Positions 1 to 11,185 of a stretch of 64,000 nt of DNA are shown in pieces. Every line of letters starts with the position of its first letter. Within the stretch, counting starts at the first letter, position 1. A model generated the notes under the pieces. That model was not told where the DNA came from. It saw only the letters and a list, made by a program, of their open reading frames with translations, and did not search any database. The position numbers and the translations under genes are program-made. Origin of the DNA: Podarcis bocagei (Eukaryota); the NCBI GenBank assembly GCA_964188305.1, contig OZ076886.1. One strand, given 5' to 3'.

Positions 1-345
1 CCATGGCCTCAAGCCCGGTATGGTGAGGCAATCATGTGACCTAACTTTTGAGTTTTCCCCATTCTAGTAGCAGTTCACATGTGGCCCGAGGAGTTCAGTG
101 ACCATCGGATCTGCTTTTGGTCTGATAACCAGGTAGTGGTGAGCGTCTTGGCTAAACAGTCCTCATGCTCCAGCAGAGTCTCCGCCCCTCCGCTCACGCT
201 TTTGAGCTGCACCGCTTAAGGTTTAATATTGTGCTTTCTGCTCTCCTGATTACGGGATCCTCTAATGATGTCTCTGACACTCTATCCCATTTTCAGATGG
301 AGCACTTCAGATCCTGGGCTCCAGACTCAGCTATTGCCAGACTTT
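1..345 (+). pseudogene. RNase H domain remnant of DIRS/Ngaro pol (frameshifted)
   Basis: Frame from 61 reads ILVAVHMWPEEFSDHRICFWSDNQVVVSVLAKQSS; the shifted frame continues RFNIVLSALLITGSSNDVSDTLSHFQMEHFRSWAP, matching the DIRS RNase H SDN and N-x-x-ADxLSR motifs. Confidence 0.85.
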
Positions 346-384
346 TCCAGACCACCTGTGGCATTTTGACAACAATTAGTAATT

Positions 385-1252
385 ACAGAGAGCAGCAGCT
401 TCCGTTTCCCCTTCTGCTTTTAGCTCTTATGGGAAGGCCTGGATGGATTTCTTAGCCTTAAGCTGGCAGTCCTCGGCCATTCAGATGAACTGGCCCCCAT
501 CCTCTGAGCAGATCCTGCAGTATTTGGTCCACCTGCCGCAGATTGGGCGTGCTGTTATAACTATAAGAATTCAGTCCGCTGCAATGTCTGTTATACTGAA
601 GCTTTATTTTTCAGAGACCCTTGCATAAAGTTTGTAATGCGCAGGGCCTTGGAAGGTTGGAATAGGCTCCAACCTCATAGGACAGTGGGCAGGAAGTCGG
701 TCAATTTTACCTATGCAGGATCTGCAACAAGTTAAAACTTGTCTGCTGGTAAAAGATCAAGGCGAGACTCCTTTCAGTATTCCATTGCATTTTGGGCACT
801 GAGGGTTGGGGAAATGGTTGTTGGAGCCAGCACAGGGCTGAGAGTCTGGAGGCTTATTGCTTCAGGACTTTTCCTTATCTGCTTTGGAGCTTGTCATTAG
901 AGTTGGGAACTCTAAAACAGACTTAGTGGGCAGGAGTGCCACAAACAGGCTTCCCATTACAGATGAGGAGGGCCCTTGCACGGTTATGGATACCAGAAAA
1001 ATTTGGCTTTTCATTCCCCTGGGGGCTGGCCCACTCCTAGTGCATGAAAATGGGTTCCCGTTAGCCAGGCATTAATGTGCTTACGTCGTGCACCAGTTAT
1101 TACGGCCTGCGGCTTTCCTACCACTGAACACGCCTCATTCCTTCCGAATAGGGCTGCTGCAACGGCTGCACACTGGGGGCCTGTCTGTAGACATGATTGT
1201 GAATACGGGTCATTGGAAGTCTGACGCTGACAAGGGTTATATCAGGAAGTGT
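385..1252 (+). pseudogene. Tyrosine recombinase (phage-integrase family) remnant with frameshifts and stops
   Basis: WPPSSEQILQYLVHL N-terminal part, ALRVGE (~797-815), SKTD, HSFRIG and GHWKSDADKGYIR give the catalytic R-K-HxxR-W-Y order. Confidence 0.88.
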
Positions 1253-1614
1253 CACAATGATGTCTGTGCTGATGCTTGTCTGTTATTTCCTTTTCTCATA
1301 GGAGCAGCGGTGCACATTTGGGCCACAGCATTGTACACTGGGCTGGCAAGCGCGCTGACAAGTCTGGACTGGGGCGCCATCTCAGTCTTCCTGCCCATGT
1401 GGACATATACTGGATATCCAGATGGGGAATGCTTTGGGAGGAGGTCCTTCCTTTGGTGCGGTCGAGTGTGACCTGTGCAGGTCCTCCCGCAGGGCTGGTG
1501 GTACAGCTGGGCGAGAATGATTTGCTGTCTTCCTCCAGCATAAGTTTGCATTCCTGCATGCAAGAGGGCTTGGATTGAGTTGATGGCAGCTCTCCCTGGA
1601 CTCAAAATAATTTA

Positions 1615-1896
1615 AGGCATTTGGTTCAAGGTGGTCTGGAGGGGGGGTTGGAGCACCTGTCCCCTCCAATGCGCAAAGATATTCCATTAAAGGAAACCAA
1701 GGATTTGCCATGCTTTGTCAACCCATTTCGAGGGGTAGGGCCATGCAAGAATCCCTGGGAGCATTTGGGGTGAGCTTGAGTCTGATCCTGGTTCATTGCT
1801 CCCCCACGCTGTTTACTTGTACTGACGATATGGTGGGGCCCAGTCGTCAGTGCTGCCCTGCTGAGGTCAGGTGCAGCTAGTCGGGAACCAATGCCT
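1615..1896 (+). ncRNA. Predicted multi-stem structured RNA domain, copy A (diverged paralogue of 2533-2824)
   Basis: Helices 1615-1627/1885-1896, 1637-1644/1661-1668, 1682-1685/1692-1695, 1701-1712/1742-1754, 1721-1736 hairpin, 1757-1763/1797-1803, 1821-1828/1844-1851, 1852-1860/1868-1877. Confidence 0.6.
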
Positions 1897-2478
1897 AGAC
1901 AAACTACCACCGAGCAGGCCAGAAAGCATGTTAATATGGCGGTGGAAAATAAAATAAATAAAGTAAATAAAATAAAATAACATATAAAATAAAATAACAA
2001 ATAAAATAAAATAGGTCCTTGCTTTAGGTGGTTCTGTGATATTGCACCCTGCTATTTTCTTCAAGACTGTTCCCCTCTTTGGGGCAGATGGGGGGTGCAT
2101 CTTTCCCCTATGGGGAACGACACCTGGCGGGATGCGATTGCCTTGGGATTCATTGCTCCCCCACAATGTTGCTGGTACTGACGATATGGTGGGGCCCAGT
2201 CGTCAGTGCTGCCCTGCTGAGGTCAGGTGCAGCTAGTCAGGAACCAGTGCCTAGACAAACTACCACCAAAGAGGCCGGGAAGCATGTTAATAAGGAAGTG
2301 TAAAATAAAATAAAATAATAATAAAATAAAATAAAAATAATAAAGTAAAATAGGCTTTGCTTCAGGTGGTTCCGTGATTTTGCACCCTGTGATTACCTTC
2401 AAGGCTGCTGCCAGCTTTAGGGTGAATATTTCCCCTATAGGGAACGACACCTGGTTGGCTATGGTTGCTTTGGGATTG
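1792..2478 (+). repeat. Diverged tandem duplication (~360 and ~330 bp units): half RNA domain, (AAAAT)n tract, SGNH C-terminus
   Basis: 1792-2149 aligns with 2150-2478; for example actgacgatatggtggggcccagtcgtcagtgctgccctgctgaggtcaggtgcagctagtc is identical in both units. Confidence 0.9.
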
Positions 2479-2493
2479 AAGGAAGGGTTGCAT

Positions 2494-2838
2494 TTGTGAG
2501 TGGTTTGGCGGTGAGCTAAGGCTCTGTGGCGGTTAGGCATTGGTTAAATTGGTTGGTGGAGGGGTATGGATTGGCTGTGCCTGCCCCTCCAATGCTGCTG
2601 CTGACGGGTATTCCGTTAAAGGAATTCTGAAGCTTACCATCCCCTTCGTCCAAACCCTGACGGCAGGGTGCGGGCCACGTAAGCTTCAAGGAACATGCGC
2701 GGAGTAGCTGAGGGCCTGTGACGCAGCTCCAGCTGACTCTGTCCCTTGTTCCTCCGGGACTGACTAGGGAGTCAGTGCTGTCCCCCAAGGCGGGGGGTGA
2801 CAGATAGTCATAACCAATGCCTAAGCAACCACTCTCAA
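2494..2838 (+). ncRNA. Predicted multi-stem structured RNA domain, copy B, spanning the 3' UTR from the hydrolase stop codon to just before AATAAA
   Basis: Outer stem 2494-2505/2827-2838; perfect 14-bp stem 2533-2546/2811-2824; inner helices 2557-2566/2582-2591, 2610-2614/2621-2625, 2628-2637/2679-2688, 2654-2659/2664-2669, 2689-2695/2747-2753, 2759-2765/2770-2776, 2778-2786/2794-2803. Confidence 0.65.
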
Positions 2839-5800
2839 TTTGTATGAAAATAAAGTTGTGGCCAAAAGTATGCCAAAAACCTTAAACAAAATTATGTGTG
2901 ATGTGTGAGTTATTGGGGTAGGGGTTTGGGGGGACCTCAGCACGCAATAGGTAAACCTGTGAGACTGGTTAATAAATCTATATAGTTTTTTTAAAAACAC
3001 TAAAAGGGGACAATGGGGGGGGCTTGGGGGCACAAAAACAATTAACACCACAGTGGGATGCCTATGGCAGTAGTCAGTTAAAAAAATGCAAAATGAATTT
3101 TAAATTGTTGGAGGGCAGCAAAATAATTTTAAACATTTTTTAAATAGAAAAATGGGAAGGGGTGGATTTGAGAAACAAATTTATATTCTGTAGGGTGACG
3201 GCCATGAGAAGAATTTCCCCAGATGATCTAAGTCACTGGTCCTAAGACCCACTAGTGGATTGCTGCCTGACCCAAGGTTACAACAGGAGCGCTACCACCA
3301 TTGGTTCCTAAATGCATGCTTGGGTTAAAAGTGCGACCTGGATCTGAAAAGGTAGAATTTACCCAATTTAAGTGATCTTACAGGTCTACACAATGGCAAG
3401 TGGTCTTTCAGTTGCAGCCCAATAAATTTTGGGGGTCACAGATGCCTCATCTTTGCATTAAGTATATATCACTGCAATCCTATATATGTCTACTTAGAAG
3501 GTAGTTACATTGACTTCAGCATGACTTTGCTCTCAGATAAGTGTGTATAGGATTGCATTTACTTCTATTTCAAAGTTTGGAGCTTTTTGTTTTTAAAGTG
3601 TGTCAACAATTCTCTAGTAGCTAGCAGCAAGTCTTATGATCCTTCAGAGTTATCAGAAATTCGGGAGGTTTGTTTATAACAGAAAGCTCAGCCATGGTAG
3701 AAAGCAGGTATTAACTTCGTTTCTGTTCTCATCTAATGATGCAGTGTGGAGCTCTCTAGCTTGAAAGAGGCACCTCTCAAAAGAAAATGTGACCAAGTAT
3801 ATGGAGAGTCATGTTCCTTTTAACCAAGCTCAAAAAAAGGCATAGTGCTGAACAAATAAATGAAGATGCAGCAGGGCTCCTGACAAGCCAAAGATGACAG
3901 GAGGTTAATAGTCTGTCTGGTGGGCCTAAAAGCTCATTTTTCTAGTAGCAGTCTACACCGAACCTAACCAAAGGCATACCTTTTCAAGGTTATGAAGTGG
4001 GAATTTTCTTTTTTGGGTGTGTGTGTAGAGGGGTGTTGCTTCGGAAAACTAAAGCAAGCAGCAAATCCAAGCCCCAGATGTCATATGTATGCCCCTCTCT
4101 GTCAAACCAGGTGACAATCCAAGCTCATAACCTGCTGAACTAAACCACCAACACTGCACAGACAACTCAAACTATTAAAGGACAGAAGTCAGCTGAGCTG
4201 CTGTCTGACTTGGTACCTGCAGTCACAACATAATCATGCCTGGAAGGTTGAGAGAAATGATTGACAAAAAGAAATTAAAAAGTCGTGCATATTTATAAGA
4301 TCAGTGAATAGGAAGATGTGATAGCCATCTACCCACTTCTGAAGTGGGGATGATCGCGATAGTAAAGGAAACATGGAGTGTAGCTTAGAGTTATGGGATT
4401 AAACCACAGCCAAAAGAGCCACCCGGGCCACTCCTTTGGCTTGCCAAAAGCAAGCTCCTTCAAAGTCATTGCCTGTCACTTGAGGCAAGCTTCTTCAACA
4501 TTCGCATAAGGCTGTGCATGCTGAGCCAATCTCTATCCAGCAATTTAGGAAGAAGTATCCAAAAGCCTTGAAGTTGCTCAAAAACAATACATGGCTTATA
4601 TAAGCTGTTAACTAATGAACCAAAGTTAGTTCACAACTGCAGGAAATTTTGCAGGTTTTCAATATACAGTATATTGATGCGTCTGTGATTCTTGAGACTT
4701 AAAAGCTAAATGTGGTGCATCCTTGCCAAATGAAATCCATTTTAAATGTTTTCAAAAGAAACTGAACTTTTTTTTTAAAAAAAGCACCCTGTTCTTGACT
4801 GAGATCATCCTGTTAGAAACCTTGCTTTTTCCTCAATGATAAAAGTAGGTAGTACATATTTTGACAGAACTTTCATAGTATTATTTTGTATTAATACTTA
4901 GTATTAATCTTGGCACAGTTGTTACTAACTAATGGTTGGGGAACACTGCCAAGTGAAAGACAAGGAAATGGTGACCAATCCTTCAGTAAGGATAATGGAT
5001 GCAAATACTGTGAGGAACAAAGAAAAGAACCGAGAAATATACCTCTTATGCTGAGATCAGAAGATCCAGACACTGGTTTCCCCCTTCTCCAAATCTTTGT
5101 TTGAGACTGCTGGGACACCACATCATGCACTCCCTCTCGAGGTTTTAACCAGGCATTTTGAGCTACATGCATATTAGCTCCCTCCATGCCCCCCACCATT
5201 CCAGCATGACTGGAATGGAAAGGAACCAGGATCACTCTCAGAAATGGTGGCAAGGTAGAGGGTCCTTGGCACTCCCTGCAGAACCAGAACCCTTGTTACG
5301 GGTTCCCCTTGCCCTATCAGAAGACTTCTCTCTCTTTTTAATAGAAAAAATGGCCAGGTGCCAGATGAACAATTCAGCAGCATAAAGTCTCCTCTCTCAA
5401 GAAGCAACCAGTTGGTGATCCTAGCAGCTTAACTGGCATGCATAAATGTACATTTCTTCTCAACATCGTCTGTCTCACACAAGTAGCACTGTAACTGAAA
5501 TGTAGATGAGATGAGTGAGATCGCAACCCAATTTCCCAATGCCACTGATAAATATCTGCTGTTATGTGAGGTTTTTAGCCATTATGTTGGCACAGAAGCG
5601 ATATGTACACAAAAACAACTTGTCACTCCACACTAAATATTTTTTCCTCTTCCCATGTCACTGATAATTCCATCCAATTTTCAGGATGAAAAGATGAATG
5701 CATCAGCCACAGTTCTGAAATGAATTCATAACCCTGTATTAAGATAAACAGAACTGACATTATTTAAAGCTCAAAATGCTTCCTTGACAGCTGTATTAGA

Positions 5801-6309
5801 TATCAGAGAATTTTATCTAGTGCTAGAATGACCCTTCGTGCTGTTGCTTTCTACCAAAATGGAATAAAAATTGCTATTTGCAGTCTTAGTACAGGATTTT
5901 TTAAAAATGGCATTTTATTGAACAACAAATGCAGATTGTTGTGAAGTGAGATGGAATATTTCACACACACCTTAAGACTCTCCTTCTGACTGGCCCAGCC
6001 AGCTCTACAAACATTCAGTAGGAGGGGAGAGGGTTGCTTGTCACCAATCTTCCTTCCCCTAATTCCAGGCTTCCTCTGGCTCTGAGACTACCTTCCCAGA
6101 ATCCTTCCTTCAAAGCACCTCTCATCTCTTATAGGTGGCTCTTCAAACTGCACCCATTTCTTAGTCCCCCAACTTCATTTTCTGCAAATTTAACTCTTGT
6201 TCACAAACAGATCATGGTCTTGATTCCTAACTGGGTGAGTATTTTGGACCATAGCACCCCTTTCTCAACACACACATCCTTTTCTATCCCCCATCCATGT
6301 GAGTAAGAG

Positions 6310-7110
6310 GTATGATCAGAATTCATGGGGTCTGAGCTGGCAGTGACTGACAAGGAACAAGGCCTTGGTATGGTAGAGGCAGGTTGATGAAGATGCTGAC
6401 TCAGTTTGGCAACAGCTGTAAAAAAAGGGGGGTGAATACCATGCTAGAGATAATTAGGAATTAGTCCAAAAATAAAACTCCAATATCACAATTACAACAT
6501 AAAAATCTATGGTGCAGCCACACTTTGAAGACTGGGTGTAGTTTTGGACACCTCACCTCAAAAAAGATGTAGACACAGGAAAGGTTCCGAAAAATACAGC
6601 CAAAATGATAAAGGGGATGGAGGAACCCCCCTATAAGGAATATTTGGGGCTTTTTAGTTTAGAGAAAAGGTGAGGGATTTGGGGGGGGGCATGATAGAGG
6701 TCTATAAAAGTATGTATGGTATGGAGAAAGCAAACAGAGAAAAGTCTTTCTTCTTCTACCATAACACTACGACTCAGGGACATTCAATGAAACTGAATGT
6801 TAGAAGGTTCAGGACAGACAGAAGAAAGTTGTTCTCCAACAAGAAGCCAGTATGGTCATCAACTTGGATGGCTTTAAAAGAGGTTAGACAAAGTTATGGA
6901 AGATAAGGCTATTAAAAGCTGCCAACCTTGATAACTGTTTGTTCTCCCTCCACCATTAGAGGCAGTACGCCTTTGGATACCAGTAGCTAGGAATTCCAGC
7001 TGGGCAGAGTGCTGTTGCACTCAGGTTTCCCGTTTGATTGGCCACTGTAAGAACAGAGTGCTGGATGAGATGGGCCTTTAGCTCGATCTAGCAGGCTCTT
7101 CTTATGTTCT
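6310..7110 (+). mobile_element. Old CR1 LINE 3' fragment (end of RT ORF2 plus 3' UTR)
   Basis: Degenerate CR1 text such as RDLGGGMIEVYKSMYGMEK...TQGHSMKL...RFRTDRRK and a 3' tail cagg-ctcttcttatgttct; ends approximate. Confidence 0.75.
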
Positions 7111-9350
7111 AGATCCAGCCAGTAGCTGAGACCTGCCTTATTTCCAAAAAGATCTCAGTTACTCTCTAGAGTTACCATGCTCTAAAAAAATTCCACAGAT
7201 CCCATGAATGGTCTGGGAAGATATGATGCATCAGTTTCTTGAATGTGAAACTGCAGAGAGGCCCATGTAAAGGAAGCATAAATACAATAAATCATTTTCA
7301 TAACATAAAGAAGATCCCAGAAAGCCTTTTGCCAGGGTAATGCCTTGCAACTAGCTGTAGACAATTCTTATTTTTCATTCTTATCTGGGTATCTAGAAAG
7401 CTTACAAACATTTCAATAAATGTGCATAAACCAGAGATGTTATTTTAACAAAGAGGTTTAAAATATTATAAAGAAATCACCCAAATAGTTAGCACAGCTA
7501 ATTGGAGATTATTACATTTAACATGACTGGTGACAAACTGCACAATTCCAGCATGAAATGTCTATTGTTTCTTCTGATGCTCAGCTGTATGCCCTTTCCC
7601 TTCTCCTCTTTAATTACTCAGAGGTACAACATATTCACCCAGCTATCTCTCCGAGTTAGACACTGCTACATGGCAAGTTTTGCTTCAGTGCTGCCTATTC
7701 CCTCCAGTATACGTCAGACACATTATTCTTCATCTTGGGTGACAATAAACTCCATCGAACACTCTCCAGGGAAAGGCAGATTTTCTGCCTTTGTATGGAG
7801 ATGACTTCACAATCAGGAGCCAGTGATCATGATGTTCTACACTTCAAGATGAAGATGTTGTTCATATAAAAAGTCTGAATGACCACTGAACCTCTCTTAT
7901 GCTATTTTAAAAAAAGTTTGAGGAAGAAAAATATGAAGGGAAACATTTGTGACCTGGATGAGTATTCAAGCTAATGCAGGTTTTAGATTTGTACATTGTC
8001 TGAAGAAAGGATCACTTTAAGCTTCAAGCGTGAAAACAAATTTGACTGGTCCAGGGGTCCTTTACTTTTTACCTTTACCTGCATTGTTTATGGGCTGTGT
8101 GTTACTGATCCAAAACCTCACCTCCACCCCAAATCCCACCTTGTTATCATCAGATGGACTATTTTAGTGCCCAACCAACTATGCATGTAAGGATTTAACT
8201 GATAAATCTGCAGATTATTAGTAAGTCAAGATATAAGTGGAGCACCCAGCTGATTTAACAGGGACAGTAGCAGAACCAAGAGCCAAATCCTATGTAGCAG
8301 AAGGATCTCAGAAGATGTGCACATCATTTGCTCCTAGCAGCATTGAGGAGAAAGAAGGGATACGCTGAATGGAATAAAAGTTAAGAGACGTTCAGGATCT
8401 GGATGCTCGTGGCTGTTTTATAAGATCTTAGAAAAAGAAAAGTGTTAAAGAGATCATACTGAGAGAAGGAGGATGGGGCTGAGACTAGGAGCTGTTATGC
8501 CAAAGGCTTAGAAATCATACTGAATTCCTAATAAAGACTCTAAGGCTACTGGCCATAAGCCCAAAGAAACTAAGCCAGCTTCTTCATTGATGCATTCCCC
8601 AAAGCCCAGTTCACCCGAAAAATCAACTTTCTCCTACTCTGCTGCATCTGCCCAAAGAAGAGAGACCACAGAAGAGAAGAAAAGCAGGCTAGGAGGTTGG
8701 CTATTTACAGCCACACTGCTCAGGGGTGTGGGTGTGGGTGGAGGGGGCAGCAGAGCTTAGGAGGGACAGACTAGATGGAAATATTTAAAGTCTCGATCTA
8801 CCTATAGCCTTTGTCAGAGTGAATTTTGCACCTGGAGCTTTCCACTTTCCTGCAGCCACTGGCCTGCTTTGTTGGTGGTTCAGCAGACCTGAGGGGAAAT
8901 AAATGCCAGTAAGTAGCATAGTTCAACTTGGAGCTCGAGTTTTTCAAGCAGAGCTCTTTAGAATTCTTCAGCCTTAGGAAAACCTGAGATCTACATTGTG
9001 CTTTCATAACATCTTCCTTGCCCCAGGAATAACATGCGGGGCTCATAAATTGATGCCTGAGACTAATGATTGCAGTGCTAAAGAAAGGGAACTACCTGCA
9101 AAGACACCAATGTGTCATCTTTTATTGCCAATATAAAGTTATATGAATTCTTATTTTATTTTATTTGTTGTAGCTGAGGCTTTTTATCTGACACCAGAGA
9201 AGCCTTTTTGGGAGAAGCAGAAAAATAAAATATGGATGTAGTTTAAACCTTGCAAGCTTGGTTTTTTCCTCCCCTTATTGGGTGCTTGAATAAAAATGGC
9301 TCAGTTAAAAATTGAAGTAAAGCAGATGCTTTCCAGATGAAATGTTACTA

Positions 9351-9564
9351 CAGTGGTACCTCTGGTTACATACTTAATTCGTTCCGAAGGTCTGTTCTTA
9401 ACCTGAAACTGTTCTTAACCTGAGGTACCACTTCAGTTAATGGGGCTCCCGCTGCCGCCGCACGATTTCTGTTCTCATCCTGAAGCAATGTTCTTAACCT
9501 GAGGTACTATTTCTGGGTTAGCGGAGCCTGTAACCTGAAGCGTATGTAACCCGAGGTACCACTG
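9351..9564. mobile_element. Tc1/mariner-type MITE (cagtggtacctc family)
   Basis: TIRs cagtggtacctc...gaggtaccactg with TA on both sides; same family at 20057, 53422 and 55725. Confidence 0.9.
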
Positions 9565-9928
9565 TATTGTTTCTATAAACCTGAGGGTGGCCTGACCTTT
9601 TTGCTAAACCAATAGATGTTTTGGATATGGGTTTCCAGAAAGTTACTAGAAGCTGGTGAGCCAAATATTGATATAGAATTCTATTCCTACTGGGATACAT
9701 GGTCTCAAATAGGTTTAGGATAGATAGGTTTCCCATGGTTGTGCCCACAATGAACTATCTAAGAAGAGTCTGCTGGATCAGACCAATGACTTATCTAGTG
9801 TTCTTTCTGGGGCCAACCAGATGCCTGTGGAAAAACCAGCAAGCAGAACCGAGAACGGGAGCACTCTCTCCTCCTATGGTTTCCAGCAGTTGGTATTCAG
9901 CAGCAGTAATAATATGGGAGGAGGGAGA

Positions 9929-10120
9929 GAGGGCCACAGCTCAGTGGTAGAGCACCTGCTCTGCATGCAAAAGGTCCCACATTCAATCCCTGGTATATCC
10001 AAGGCAGGGCGGGGGGGGGGGGAATCTCTGCCTGAAATTCCTGGACAGCTGCTGCCAGTCAGTGTTAAGAACACTGAGCTAGATGGAACCAATGGTCTGA
10101 CTCAGCATAAGGCAGCTTCG
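9929..10120 (+). mobile_element. tRNA-derived SINE (related copies or fragments at ~16470, ~39100, 43390-43560, 58808-58975)
   Basis: A-box agctcagtggtagagc and degenerate B-box, followed by body ...ctgctgccagtcagtgt...ctgagctagatgga... Confidence 0.7.
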
Positions 10121-10879
10121 TAGGTTTCATGCTGAAACATAGGTAATTAAGGCCAGAAAGTAAAAGGAATTAATCAGAAACAACCAGATGTCAATGATAA
10201 TGGCAGCTGAGCATCAAACAAAATGCAACTCGAGGATCAGAGGTGGGGATGGGAATAATATCTGCACTGATAGATCCTAAAAATGCAAACAGGCAGAGAA
10301 CTAAACAAGAGAGACTAGACACAATGCATTTCCACTGTTTGCCACAAAGCTTTTGAATGCAAAGCTTTTAGTTATTTATTTTCATCCACCCAGTCATTCA
10401 ATAAATATACCGCCCTTCATCCAAAGATCACAGGATGGCTTACAGTATAAAAAGCTACACTGTAGACTGCACAATACAGCAATGCTGTTTTCTATAACAT
10501 TTTAATTAGTTTCTTGGATAAGCTGGATGTACTGTTGATTCCTTCCGCGCCCCCCACTGGTACTACCATCATGTCCCGAGTACAAAATAATTCCAGCTAA
10601 AACCTTATATTCATTTTTCATATGGTCTAGTGCTCATCTGAAGACTGCAAAAACAAAAACAAGCCATGCTTTGCCTGCCTGTCCCCTTAATATTCTTCTG
10701 TGGGCCCCTTCTCCAGTTTTCAGAGAATGACTGGAAGTGGGGAGGCAGAAAAAGGTCCTCCTTTCCTTCCGCTCTGCAGACAAGCTCTAGATTTTCTCTA
10801 CACCCCTTTTCCAGCAAATCTGGGCACCATCCACAGCATACAGATCTGCAGCAGCAGATCTGGCCCACATCCACAGCAT

Positions 10880-11185
10880 ACATTTAAAGCACTATTATGC
10901 CACTTTAAGCAGTCAAGGCTTCCCATCCCAGCATACTTAACAAACTACAGCTCCCAGAACTCTTTGATCCTGGGTGCAGTAATTTAAGTGTGGTGAGAGC
11001 TAATAAGAGTCTTATAACTCTTCTAATAATTCTTCTCTCACAGAGTGACAATTCTCAAGAATTTCCTCTTCTCAGGGAATTGTAGCTGTGTGAGGGGGTT
11101 CCTAACAATTCTCAGCACCCATAAAAAATTACAGTTCCCAGAAGCCATGCCTGCTTAACGTGGCATCATGGCGCTTTAAAATATA
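10880..11185. mobile_element. Old palindromic non-autonomous DNA element
   Basis: Ends tttaaagcactattatgccactttaagcag and ctgcttaacgtggcatcatggcgctttaaa are imperfect reverse complements. Confidence 0.5.

Larger units (their letters stand above)
1300..2499 (+). pseudogene. SGNH/GDSL hydrolase ORF of the YR element, interrupted and with a duplicated C-terminus
   Basis: GHSIVHWA (block I), QLGENDL (block III) and LPGLKII up to ~1612. C-terminal parts at 2015-2149 (VILHPAIFFKTVPLFGADG/VHLSPMGNDTW, DGVH frameshifted) and 2356-2499 (VILHPVITFKAAASFRVNISPIGNDTWLAMVALGLKEGLHL*). Confidence 0.78.
1..2947 (+). mobile_element. Decayed 3' half of a tyrosine-recombinase retrotransposon (DIRS order, Ngaro-like, SGNH-encoding); 5' part lies outside the window
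   Basis: Ordered remnants of RNase H, tyrosine recombinase and SGNH hydrolase, then a structured 3' UTR, AATAAA at 2849-2854 and a ~95-nt terminal tract ending CGCAA (2943-2947). Confidence 0.88.

Noticed and set aside
1850-1945. Hammerhead ribozyme suggested by CTGCTGAG...GAAAGCATGTTA (and CTGACGA at 1822)
   Set aside because: The core is CUGCUGA, not CUGANGA; stem I cannot form next to the putative cleavage site; the duplicate has GGAAG; and both words are better explained as parts of helices P6/P7
1792-2478. CRISPR-like repeat-spacer array
   Set aside because: Only two long diverged units with homologous intervening DNA, in a eukaryotic retroelement with no cas genes
3194-4600. Chain of possible decayed plus-strand exons (3194-3351, 3648-3707, 3760-3903, 4111 onward)
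   Set aside because: The first phases are compatible, but the donors are weak, one intron would be only 52 nt, stops are frequent and no protein is recognisable
9929-10000. tRNA genes here and at ~14100-14165, 43390, 53150 and 62540
   Set aside because: Degenerate cloverleaves fused to SINE bodies and tails; these are SINE heads
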